Below, piece by piece: positions 22,534-36,261 of a stretch of DNA of 64,000 bases. Numbering within the stretch: position 1 is the first letter of the stretch; each line of letters opens with the position of its first letter. The DNA is from Chrysomallon squamiferum (taxonomy: Eukaryota; Animalia; Mollusca). Location: NCBI GenBank assembly GCA_012295275.1, contig CM022672.1, positions 15,066,001-15,130,000 on the forward strand, written 5' to 3'. Both the position numbers and the translations under genes were made by a program. Under the pieces are notes generated by a model that saw only the letters and a program-made list of their open reading frames with translations, had not been told where the DNA came from and did no database searches.

Positions 22534-25500
22534 ATGGCGAGTTTTAGGTAAGTATTTAAAATACTAAATGTAGGATGTAAATTTAGTCATTTAATTTATA
22601 ATTAAATAATTGGATTGTGTTTGCAGTTCGAAAATTATAAACTTAACCGTAGGCGTATACAGCTGAGGATTCCAAAATATACGGGGTATACCAACGTTTA
22701 TTTTCCAAACAAAAACAAAGAAAGAAAAGAAATCAGCTGTATCAGTTATAATCCTAGTGTTAATCTATTTATTATTATCTAAAATATGTAAAACAGCAAT
22801 ACATTGATTATTTAGATAGTTATGACTCTCTGATTCATTAAATTTACAATTGAATATCATGAATTTGAATATTTGTGTCTTGTCTATCCGCGGGCACCAG
22901 AACTCGGCTTGTGCTTATTATAATATTAATTATTAGTTATAATATCAGTTTTGATATACTGCTATCAGATAATAATAATGACTGACAGCATACAAGAACT
23001 GAACAAATCGAATTGTACTGTATAGTGAAGATAAACAATTGAATTACTAAATTAGATTTGACAAATTGTATTATTCTGTTAACACAATAACAGTATTTTA
23101 AGCAAATTAATGCCATTTATAAATAACAATTCATACTCGTCTTATTCATTGAACTGTTGTAGTAGTGGTAGTAGTAGTAATAATAAATTTGTATGGATGT
23201 AAATTGAACTGTGAACAAATTTCCATAATTATTGTCAAGTCCAGCAGCTTCGACAAACAATATATTTGACTGCAGTAGCAAGAGATTTTAATGTTTCCTT
23301 TTTGATGTAGATGATAATAACACATATACAGTATTAGCTCTATATTTTTCTTATTAATATAATATAAACATTTTTACCTTTCAGTCCGGAAACAATCCGG
23401 CTAGGAGTGGTAGAAAAACTTGATGTTGTTTTTGGTAAACTGTATGAGATATGGACTGATATTGGGATCTGCGAGAGTCAGATGGAAGAACGAGCAGGAG
23501 CAGTTCTAAAACATCTTGACAATCTGCTTGATGAGATGGTTGAGGAAGAGAGTGTACTGAGAAATGAGATTCAGCAGAATATTCAAGAACATTCAGCAGA
23601 AGTTGCTGCACTCTGTACAGAATTGCATTTACCACAGTATAAGGTATTATTATTAAATTCTCTTCCTAAAGCTGTTATAACACACAGCAATCTATACCAA
23701 ATTATATTTTCATGTATATAAGATATTTCATGAAGATTTCACATTGGTTTCTCATCCTAAAATTGTATTAGTGCATTCACCATTGTACAAGGATTTATTA
23801 TTTCAGAACTGTTTCTTCTTACCCTAAAAGTATTCTAACCTGAAAATATGTCAAGAATGCTTAGAAAAGATGTCTGCACTACAGAATTACATTTACCACA
23901 GTTAAATGTTTTAATTACAGTTAATGAATGAATGAACAGAATATGTCAATAGCAAAATTTAAAGAGCTACTTTGTGATGAGTTGAATTGAACTGAACTTT
24001 ATTCATACTCAGGCTGTAGTCTGTGGCAAGTGAGGACACATTCATGTAGAATTTAATATAATTATTGCAGTTATAATAGGATTGTGGATTTACAGTAATG
24101 TGCATAATAATAAAAAAATATATCAGCTAGAGGATTTACAAAAAATGTTCACGATTAGATTACAGAAAATAGAATGTTTTCTAAGGACACCAGCTTTTTT
24201 AGAGTTAAATAATTTACAAAACAAGAATATACTTGATTTACATTGACAAAAAAACATTCTTAAAAACATATATATAAATATATAATGAAACTGTTGTCAT
24301 GGACATACTGGGCACAATGGACATATTCTGTTTTCTAATGGTATATATTACCATCTTCTGCTTTCAATAGGAAGATTACCATTTGAATGTCTAAACTGTA
24401 ACAGTGGGCATCAGTATTTTTTCTCTGTAAAGTATAACATTGAAATATGTCTCAGATGCAACTGTATCTTTAAATAGTTTATAAATACTGATCTATAAGC
24501 CTTGAGTTAATGCATGATTCTAACATGATTTAGAAGCACTAGTGATAATCACATATATGTACAGCCAACATCATTGAGAACAGATTTAGCATGTAATATC
24601 AATATGTGGTTTAAAATATTGGTGATATTATATTCAGTAATAGTCTGTACACTAGACGACTAGTAATGATAAGTACTTTCCCATGATTAATTAAAACCAG
24701 AAAACAATTATTTTTACTTTTATAATAATATACACTGAATAAAGTACAAGTTCTCCATTTAATAAGTTCATTGGAGTAGATTTCCTCACAGGTAATAACA
24801 ATTTCATAACCTGGTTACATAATTTTTCCAAAATCCCCAGATTTTCCTACCATATAGAAAAACTGGTAAAACCATGTCAATTAACTTAGGTTGACACTGG
24901 ATGGACATCTTTCTTGTGTCATGTCAAAGCAGACAGTGCAGGCATCTTTGACCTGACTTAGCATATCATAAAATAATAAAAATGGCTGCATCTGTCTGCT
25001 TCTTGGCTTCCATCACATTTCGATTCTTCATCCTAAGTTGGTACTTTGCACACGCAGCTCAGGTATCTGTGGCAGGAGATCCAAACCTAAGATTGAACTT
25101 TGTAGTGGAACACTGAGTAGTAGAGCGAATAACTGACATGGTTCTTGAATAACTCGTATTTTTTTTGATTCTGATGTCACTTGGCAAGTACTTCCAGCCT
25201 GGTGTCCCTCTACGACCATAGTGGCTGGCTCTGCAGGTAAACATCTGGAAGTGGGCCATGACTAGCTCTTCCTTTGCCAACTTTACAAGAACCACCCCTG
25301 CTTTCTGGATGTGCATTAATGTAATTAGTAATAATTAACCAAATGAACTTTGAACTTAAAACAAATAACACTAATTCTACAATCTTTCAGTGAATTCCAT
25401 TCTACCAAGATTCATATTAAATCACTTTAAATAGTTTCTATCAGCCTTTGAGTTGTTTTTTGAGCACATCTAGGATATCTCGGGGTTGATGTATTGGTAG

Positions 25501-28500
25501 TTGCAGTACATCGTCAACAGTATCATTAATGGCATTAGAAGCATCCTTGATGGCATTAGAAGTAACTGTTCTGTTTTTCATCTCGGTCTCTACCTGAACA
25601 GTTCATTCAACAAATTCCATTTCAGATTGAGTACCAACTGCCGACAGTTCTGTGGAAGCATTCCTATTATCCTCGGAATACGCACATTTACAAAGTTGAT
25701 CCACATGTCTTTTACACACAAAATCTCCAACTTTCACTCTGTAGGTAACAGGCCCTAGCTGACACAGTACTTTTCTACTCAACCACTTGTCAGATCCTCT
25801 GTAGTTCTTCACTTGAACTGAATCTCCAATATTGAACACTCATGTTTTACTTACTTTTGGAATAGTTCTCTTTTTAACAGTTCTCCAAACAGAACGCAAG
25901 CTATTCAATCTTGTTTTTTCTGCTTTCCACATTTAACAATCACCTCAATTTGCCCAAGGACTGGTACCACTTCATCTGTATAAGTTTTCAACACAATTGA
26001 TGTTGATTTCAATACACTGTTTTCTTCAATTTTTCCTGATAACTCTTATTAGAAATTATCGAAACAGAAGCACCAGTATCTACTTCCATTTTGAATGGCA
26101 CACCATTGAGTTCCAATGAAATTTGAATTTCTTTCACTTTCATAGATTTTGCTGAGAAAATCATTGTCATTACTTTCCATTGCAACCTCTTTATTTTCTA
26201 GAACAGCTTTTGTAATTTCTGATTCAGTTTTGTTACTTCCACTTTCTTCATGAACAACATGAATTTTGAAACCTGTTTCAGATTCAGTATTTTCACTTTC
26301 CAAATCATTGGTACCACTTTCTGATTCCGTTAGGTCCCTATCAGAATCTTAATTCACAACATGAAATTTAGAGTTTTTCTTTTTCAACTTTTCAAATTTC
26401 TTTTTTTCTTTTTCCATCTGTTTATGTTCCTGTCTTTCTACTTTTTTCTTTTAATTTTGACATTTTCTACTCTAATGTCCTGTTTCATTACACTTTTTGC
26501 CTTTTTATAAAACCATGCATCATGATGGTGATTAGTTTTACCACACCGGAAGCATTCAATGACAGAAACTTTGTGGAACTTTTCTGTTTCTGACTTAATT
26601 CCAATTTTCAGCATGCCAGTTTCTCTAGCTGCCATTTCCATACTAACAGCTATTTGCAAGGCTTTCCTCAGTGATAAGTCATGTTCAGAGAGAAGTTTTT
26701 TCTGTATTGACTTTTCAGACAGACCACAGACAAAAATGTCTCTTAATGCTTCAGTCAAAAATGCATCAAATTCACAATGTTCTGTCAGTTTTCTTAATTC
26801 AGCCAAAAATCCACTTACAGTCTCTCCAGGCTCTTGTTTCTGTTGATAGAATTTGAACCGTTCCGCAGTCACCAAAGGTTTTGGTTTGAGATAATTTCCT
26901 ATCAAGGTTTTCAATTGTTTGTAAGTCTTACTTGCCGGGTTCTCAGGCCAAGTCAGATTTTGAATCAACCTGTAAGTCTTGACACCAGATACAGACAACA
27001 AAATGGAACGTTTCTTTTCAGCATCGTCTACATCATTCGCCAACAGATACTGTTCCAAATGTTCAATGTATTCATCCCAGTGGGAACTTTTTATGTCAAA
27101 CTCTTCAACCTTACTACAGGTAGCCATATTTCATAAAGAGTTAATTTCAGGAAACAGTTCATCTCATCCTCGTTGGCAATTGTTATGTTTTAGCATTAAA
27201 ATGTAAAGTTCATTTCAGTTTCCAAACAATTTATTTCATTTCAAAATGGCTACGTACAAAAACTAACATACATTCACGATGATGTCATATAATTATATCT
27301 CCCTTGTTCCATTTCCCCTAAACATTATAAACTGTAACAGTGTTAACCATAACACCATTTAGATACAGCAAATCCTGCTTAAACTTCAAATAGTAATATC
27401 ATGTGTTTCAAGATACAGCTTTAATCTATTATTTAACACAGTGGTTTAGAGTTTACCAAGGCATCTAAGTAATGTAATATGTATGTCATTTTCTAGAGTA
27501 TTTTTATCACCACTTTTATACATTGGCTTGATTATACCTGACTAACCATGAGTCAAGGAAGATATCCATTTCAAACACTAAATTAAAAGGTTTGACATAA
27601 ACATATATCATCAACAGTTTGCTTAATAAATTAATTAATTATATTATCTAGACCTGAAGCTTTGTTGTTCTTTGCATGAAGCTAACTAATGGTGTAGCAT
27701 GTGTAATTTGTTTATTCACTCTTGTTACACTGTGCCTGCGACTGTGCCATGTTGGGCCTGTAGTTTCCACTGCATGTCTGGTGTGTACCTGTCAGTACCA
27801 TAGTTCTTACAATTAATGCACTTCACATCAACAGTTTGCTTAATACATTTATTAATTATATTGTCTGGACCTGAAGCTTTGTTGTTCTTGAGATATTTAA
27901 CAACTATAAATATTTCACTTTCTCAAACTGTGGTAAAATCTGCTTCTGGAGTGGGATCATCACTAATGTTTACATCTTTAAAGTCTTGGTACAGTGCTTC
28001 TAAAGGTGGTAAATTACAGTCAAGTTTGTTGTGTTTTTAGGAGTGTACAAAAAGCTCTCATGCCATATCTGCTAAAATCTTTAATTTAATTTTTTTATTT
28101 TCCAGTTACGTCTTAATATTATATTCTTGTACTGTTTACTTGCCTTTAGAAGTCATTGCTTGTTATTTATTGTTTTCCTATTTTTGTAATCTGTTCTGGT
28201 TTCTCTGTGTTGCATTGACTACCTAACTATGCCTTATTTCTGCAGTTGGGGATAGATCTGCTTCTAGTATATCCAAATATATTTACTGCAGTGTTCACGA
28301 ATAAGCGACTGACACTGTTCACCATGGTATTAAGCTACCATACAACCGAATCTTTAAACTTAAACCATAATATGTATTCAGATGTGTTTTGATAAACTAG
28401 GTATGTGCTTCTCAGTTTAACATGTGATTTTTCATTTCTGTTGTTTGTATATACTGTATAACCTGGTATTTCTACATTATCAATATCTTCAAGTTTGGCA

Positions 28501-31500
28501 TCTACTAGGCACAAAATATCATACTGATTAAACATTTTTTTTATAAATTCTGGTATATGCAGTTTTGTTTCCAAGCCACAAGCATGAAAAATAAAATATT
28601 TACAGAATCAGAAGTGTTGACTGTATTTGTGTAACCATGGTTGTTCGATACTTCAGTCATTTCATTTTGATTGTCACCAGTGTCAATCTTCCGGCTGTCT
28701 TAAGCATGGTCTTCTGTCGGTGAGGTGTAATTGCAGGCACACTTGTTCGGATTTATAATTTGTGGGATGTATTATGGCTTGTATCTGAATAAAAAGTTGG
28801 TCATACCACTAATGTCACACGGATTCAATAAATCTAGCCTCAATAAATGTTTCTGTGTTCCACAGACTCATGATTTACTGACACCAAAATGAATTCTTTC
28901 AAAACTTCAGAATTTCTTCTGAGAATTTCTCTGACTTTCAGTCTTGGTATTTGGTGGCATAGTGGTGTTTGCATATGATCAAATGCAAAAGTGTTTTCAT
29001 GTTTCATTTGTTCTTTAAGCAATTAATTTAGTACTTGCTCTGCATCCTTGTTGTCTTTTTCTAGAATTCAGTTAAAAATCAGGTTGTGTATGAATATGTA
29101 ACACATTTTCACAAAGATCTTCATAATAATGTTAGAAACTGTCAGTATCATTATAACATTTGGCTTACTTTTTCCTTCATAATTTCAACCACATCTGCTA
29201 TTTTCTTTCTTTCTACACAGGATTCTTCAAAGCTAGTATTTACAAACTTTATGGATTTTTCTGGATAAAACAGACTGGCTTTTAAATAATTATTACTGTT
29301 AGGAAAAGTAATCATATTTATTTATAATTCAGCAAAAGGATGGCATGTCCATGATACAAAGAGAGAAGGATCTCAGAGCCAAACTGGATAGCTTGAAAGC
29401 TGAAAAATCGGAGAGATTGAGGATTTATAAAAACTTCAAACTTCAAGACCAGCATCTGTGTGACGTCCTTCAGATGACTCCCTACTACATCCCATCAGGA
29501 ACAATCCCCACCAAGGAGCAGTTAACTGAACTGGAAAAACACATAGCAGCAAGGAATGTTGAAAAGGTTTGTTAAAATACAGCACAGATGATTTCATGTT
29601 AAAAACTTAAAGGAATGGAAGGCAGTTCAGTGGTCAAAAGTGTTGATGTAAAGCATAATTTCACATGATTGGACTGTTTTAGTTAGACTTTTTATGTCAG
29701 AGTGAGACAGAAAGGTTTCCTAATACGTTTTATAAATGTACGTGTGACTTTTTTCTTTTTAGTCAAACTGTCAGCATTAGCTTTTTTTCAATTTTAAAGT
29801 AACTATTCAAGTCCAAACTAAAAATTTATTTTTATTTAAATATTATAGATTGATTTGTTTGACAGCATATGCATATTCATTAATAAAGAGTCAGATTACA
29901 TTAATTAAATCAAAGGTTTGATGTTATTTTAACTTGTAATATGTATTTTGTTTTTGTTTTTGTAATAGCGTGAAAGACAAGCTAAGTTTACATCGACCAA
30001 GAAAAAGATTATTGAGCTGTTTAACTTACTGGAGTGCAACCCAGACACATCGTTTGAGAGGGAAATTGTCTGTGAAGATGATGATTCTTTTATACTGTCA
30101 ACAGAAAACATGACGGCACTGAAGAGTCTGCATGAAGAGGTACAAGGGATGATTTACAGTGTCCATTTACAGCACATTAGTTATAACAAAATCTTTGGTT
30201 TATCAGACCAGCACAGTGTTTATTTATCGTCTATTTCTACCTTAGTTCTGATTTTTTAAATATTAAATGATAGTACCTAACTTGATAGTGAAGAGCTTAA
30301 ATATAAATATGTATTATCTTATGTCAGTAAGAAAACGAAACAGTTATATTTAAAACAGTGGTGAAATTTTTAAATTTAACTCTTTTAATTTAAACTTTAA
30401 TTTTAATTTTTCCAGTATTGTTGCTGATTTCTCTAACAACGTTTTGTATTCTCAAAAAAATAACATACAGCAAATATGAATGCTGCCATTTATTCTGTTT
30501 AACCATAATAGACATAAAAGTTTCAATGAATTAGCACTATATTTAATTATATATATTTTGTTATCCTGTTTGTTTAATTACATCTGTATGATAGCCAATG
30601 TAATTTCATGTGTGGGTATCATTAAACATTCATTCATTCATTCATTGAATTTTATTCTCTGTAACTTCTTTTGTTTTGAGTATATGGTGTATGGTAGAGG
30701 TATATGCTAAGCACACTTGTGTGGGTAAATAAGCAAAATCTAGTAATGGCAGATGCAAAAAGTAAAAACAAATTTGTACAGTATTTGCTAAATAGACATT
30801 CTCATCTCGAAAATTATGATTTGCGTTATTTTCTAAAATTATAATTTGCGTTATGTTATATTCAGTTAAAATATTGTGCACATTTTACTAACATATTAAA
30901 ACTTATCATACTGAACCTGCTCTGCTGTGATATTTGGAAAGGGATATTTAGCAACCACATATTTTCTCCAAAAAGTAGTTAGAAAAAAAATTGGTGAATT
31001 ATGGTAAGTTGTAAATACATTTTGTGTTCAGAAATTTATAAGGATATTTTTTTTCTCTTTATTTTTAAGCTTGAAAATAAGTATGAGAACTTAAAACAGG
31101 CCACAATGACACTGTGGTCAGATCTGTATGCTCTCTGGAACAGGCTTGATGTATCAGATGAAGAGAGAGAAAAATTCAAAGAAGGCAAAGATGGACATAA
31201 ACCATTAGTTCTGGATGCCTTGCGAAAAGAAATCGCTAGGTGTGAACAACTTAAATTTCAAAACATCCAGCGTTTTGTTGATGGCATCAGGAGTGAACTT
31301 GAGGTGTTGTGGAACAAGTGTTACTTCAGCAAAGAGCAGCGAGAATTGTTTAAATTTATGCATGAAGGTTTGTTTTTTTAGACATTGTTTAAACATTTGA
31401 CCTTTCTTCATTTCTGTTTCTGTAAGAAAGTGAATTGTAGAAGAAGAAAAAACCCCATATCTGTTAACCTCAAAAACTCAATCAAAAGGATTCCAATGAT

Positions 31501-34500
31501 TTCATTATTTATAAATTAAATGTAAAATGTATAAAATGATATAAGAATTCAGAATGTTGTCTTTGCAGATCGATACACAGAGGAACTTCTCAAAGTACAT
31601 GAGAATGAACTGGAAGAGGTGAAGAGTTACTACAACACATACAAACAGCTGTTCATCAAGTTAGAAAAATGGGAATCTTTGTTCCAAGACAAATTGGAAC
31701 TGGAGGTTATTTGATAACAATATTGATATATTTATATTCCTCACATTGCTTTTCAAGATTTAAACGAAAGAAAGAAATATTTCTGTAATCTGTTTTTGCT
31801 GTCGTTACTCTGTTATTCAAATTAGAAAAATTGAAATTTTTGCTTCAAGACTAGGTTTTTTAATAATTTTATTTTTATTTTCTTCACATCACATTAAAAA
31901 GATTGAAGCAAAGAGATGCTTGTCTTATGAAATGTGTTTTTGAGGTCAATCATGGTGATATTAAATGTAAAATTGAATATATTCTGGTTGTATCAAAATG
32001 GTTTTTGCTTATGGGAAGATGTTTTAACTTTTAAAAAAGAAGAAATGCTGGTTTTTTATTAAATGTAATGAGGTAAAATTTGTTGTGAATTTAATATTTA
32101 TCATCATGGTCCTTTTTTATGCAGAAATTGTTAATTTATGTATATTTTTTATTGTGCAGCGAAAAGCTATGGATCCTAATCGTTACAAAAACAGACGTCA
32201 TAACTATATATTACAAGATGAAAAGGCAATGAGGAAAATTTCAAAAGAACTTCCAAGGGTATGTAAATATCTGAACAGTGAAACATAGCAATTGTAATAT
32301 ACCAAAGATATGCTGTGTTGTAAACATGTTTACAATCTATTTATGGTCCTTAATCATGTATTTTAGAACATGTTAAATATCTTATTTGTTCCTCGCATAA
32401 CATCACTGCAGTGTTATAAAATAAAATATAATTTTGGCCATAAACTTAACAACACAGCATCTATAATTTACGAAAAATACTCAATGTTACCTTTTTACAA
32501 TTGGTATGGTCCATAATCATTAAAGCATCATATACTTTTACATATAAGAATATGATAAAATATATTTAATACATTCTAAAACTGTTATGTATCTTAACAG
32601 GCACAACAGGGCAGAAGAAGTTGTAAAATAGCAACAACAATTTACAGAAAAAAATGCACTGTTATAAACATTTTTTAATTTTCAATCTCATTATCATGAT
32701 TATGGCATCAAATACCTGTGAATTTAAAACTATTTTAATCCATTTTTAATGCCTCTACAGAATAATGCATTAATTGTGGATACTGAATGTTACAGGCAGA
32801 GGAAGATGTAAAGGAAGCAGTGACTAAGTGGGAAAAAGATCACCAGAAAACCTTTCTGGTAGAAGGAATGTCTTTTGTAGATTATGTTAAAAAGAGGTGG
32901 GATGATTACCATGAAGAGAAAATCAGAGAAAAGGAACAAAGGGTAAAATCAGCATATCTGTGTGTGTGGAGAGAGAGAGAGAGATAGACAGACAGATAAC
33001 CAGTTTGTGAAAGCTGGATTAATTAAATAATTCATGTCTTATTTACAACCATTTACATGAGATATGTCTTAGGTATCAGTGAAAGTTCAAATATTTTTGT
33101 CTGTCTTGATGAATTTCTTTTTCATACACACACCCATGTGCAATTTAGGCAGAAATTTTTATTTCAAAATACATTATTCTTTTAAAACTAAATCCCAGTG
33201 TCTAAACAGTAAAATATGTTATTTGAGTTGAATCAGCAAATTAGCAATATCAACATATGTCAAGATAAGCAGTTTTTCATCCATGTAGAAATAGTTTCTT
33301 ATAATCACAGTCCTTAAGTTATGCAAAGATAAAAGTAATACTGTATATTAAAAATACTTTTGTTATGATGTTAATTTCCTGAAGTGTAAGTTAATGCTGC
33401 TAGTGAATTTTGAATGTTAAGTGCTTAGATGTAGTGCAACATTTGTTCTTTGTTCTTCAACAAGTAAGCATACACATCAAATATTTTATAGCAAAAAGCC
33501 AAGGCTAAATTAATTCAAGACGAGATGGCATTCGGCAGTAAACCAACGACACCAGCAAAAAGAGCCATGTGTGTTACTCCAACAAAAACCCCAAGCAAAT
33601 TTAGAAAGGTAAGTTAAAATTAATTATTTTTAACCATATATACTGTACATGAAAATAAATTAAAAACATACAGAGCATGCCTTTTAATGTAAATTAAGAT
33701 TATGATTATGATTTTATTTTTACATTTAGTCCAGTAAAAGAAGTGCAATCTTAAAGACTTGCATATTTTCATTTGTATTTGTCTGATTTATTGACTCATA
33801 AAATATTAAATGTGTAAGGTTAGGATTTAGTTAAATGATTTACTGTCTTATTGGTAACAGATTACCTCAGATATGTCTCAGATGTCGGTGAAAGTTCGAA
33901 TCAACTACAGCATGAAGGTATCATTCTTCAGGACTGTGGATTTTAACAATACTTCTAATAACTTCACAACAATTTGTCACTTACCACTTGTTTCTGGGAA
34001 TGTACCAGCTGGAAATTAATTTATGACTGCTATCATCTAGTTAATTTTCATTTTATTAAAGTGCAAAATAATATTGTATTCTTCCAAATGATTTATTTGT
34101 TTGTTATGAACAGACTTTGCTAAAATAACAACATTGAGATTAACATTTACTGGGACATTTCATTAAAAAAGATACATTAATGTCAAAATTTTGTAAAGAC
34201 GTCTTCAGTCTGTTTGCTTTTTTTTCTCATTCCTCCATACAAAATATACTGACATTCAGCAAAGACTGGTAAAATAAAATTAAAAAAAAAAAAATTATTT
34301 ATATTGTTCTTAGTAGAGCCAATTAAATACTTTAAACATTTATATATCATTGATAAATTTACCTCTGGTTAATTCCCAGCTGTACACTTTTTGCACATTC
34401 ACAGTTAATTATGTTAAACTAATGATTTTGCATGTTGACACAGTTGAATGAAACAAAAACACCTGGTTCTGTAAGCCGTATTCAGCACTCCAGCATTTTT

Positions 34501-35037
34501 GCTTCACCATGTGGTCGAGCTCCTTTGTCATCAAGTAAGGTAACCGACATATGAAATACGTTTTAAACCTTTTTTTTAATAAATAGGAAATGTACATATA
34601 AAATAAAATAAAAATTACAAAGATATTTCACTTTACAAAGATAAGCATAACATTATGGTGTTTACAAAAAGAAAATGATAATATTAGTTTTAACTGTCTA
34701 AGATACAAGATACATCACATTTAAAATTTCTATTTTGCGGATAGACCATCATCTGCAGAACTAATCTCTTTTTTGTTTGAATTTTGAATCAGATTTTCTT
34801 GTTATTATTTCAGGCACCAAACAGGTCGTTACGGAGGCGATCAAAGCGCCTTGCACGCCAGGTGCTAGCAGAGTGTAAGGCTAACAACACCAAGTCAAAC
34901 AACACAATATTCAGCCAGACCACGGTAAGCAGCAACGAAGGGAATAGCATCAACATGAGCCTAGCGTCCACCGGGTCATATCAAGATTTTGCTGTGTGTA
35001 TCATTCGTAAATTTTTCTTTTAGTCTATACCAGAATG

Positions 35038-35068
<31 letters not shown>

Positions 35069-36228
35069 GTTCTATTAACATCACCAAACATTGTTGGCAT
35101 GAACGGTGCACTGTTTTACCCTGATTAATAATACCTGCATCCTTTCCTCACACTATAATGTTTAAAAAAAGAAAATGAATCAGTTTATTTGTCTCTTCTG
35201 TTTTTTGATTTATGAAATAATAGGCAAATAAAATTTGATTTTTTAATTCCTAATTACTGATCTTGCCATCTTTGTGAAAATGGAAAAACAATGTTAAAAC
35301 CCTGGTATATATATATATAAAGTATTGCAATATAATAAATTTATTTAGTGTTGCCAGCAGACAAACCATGACCCAGTGACACCAGTCTGATTGTTGACAG
35401 GAATTTTTATAATTTTATTTTGAAATATATAAATTTATACTTATCTTTTCTCACCATTGCTAAATAATTTCTGGAACATCTGTGAAATAATTTAGAAAAA
35501 TGGAAAATAAGAAATTAGAAGGTATCAACATGTTGGTATTTACCAACCAGTTGGTACAACTGTTATATTAGAATATTAAAAGCATCTGATAATTGGAAGA
35601 GCATAATAATGTGTGTATGTGTGTTTGTAAATGTATGTATGGACATATGTGTCTTTGTGTCTGTGTATATTATATGTGTGTGCGTGTGTGCACACGCATG
35701 CATACACACACACACACATAATTTGTTTTATTAATTCAAAGTATAGTGCATGTTCACATTGTTATATGTTTCACACTAATATTCTGATTTCTGTATCAGA
35801 AATAAATGTTTTGAAGTTATTAACTTTGGTCTTACAATAACAACAATAGTTGTCATGCATGTTTAAGTATAAACCCTTTGTTTTGTGGCACATTTGGTTT
35901 GTTGGTTATTGTTTTTTTAGTTGATACAACTGATAGTTTCAGCACACATTGCAGGACTGCAAAACAAGAAAACATGATATGTATATATTTTTTTAAAAAT
36001 GGAATTATTCAAATATTTGTTAGTAATTTAAATCTACAGCAACAGTTTTTGATTTCTGATGTTTTAATGTGAATGTTACGGATATGAAAATTGTTGATAG
36101 ATTGTGATTCATGCATTAAAAAGAGGCTTTTTCACAAATTCAGTCAAATATGGTATAATTATAGGTTTAGGAAAATTGTATCCTTCTGCTGCTGCTACTC
36201 AATTACAACTTCACAAAAAATAACAATT

Positions 36229-36261
<33 letters not shown>

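Larger units (their letters stand above)
23978..29270 (-). mobile_element. Degenerate LINE (non-LTR retrotransposon), interrupted by other elements, in PRC1 intron 2
   Basis: Minus strand carries ORF1-like debris (~28780-29270), APE start CGLETKLHIPEF..QYDILCLVDAKL..IPGY (~28335-28585) and RT N-part KNNKASG.DNIIN..ITLLRCLGKL.TTVLNNRL (~27420-27890). The C-terminal part reads FRHSNGNLPIESRRW*YIPLENRICPLC..FHY (~24280-24410). The 3' end is AATAAA followed by a (g/a)ttca tandem tail (~23978-24003). Confidence 0.75.
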
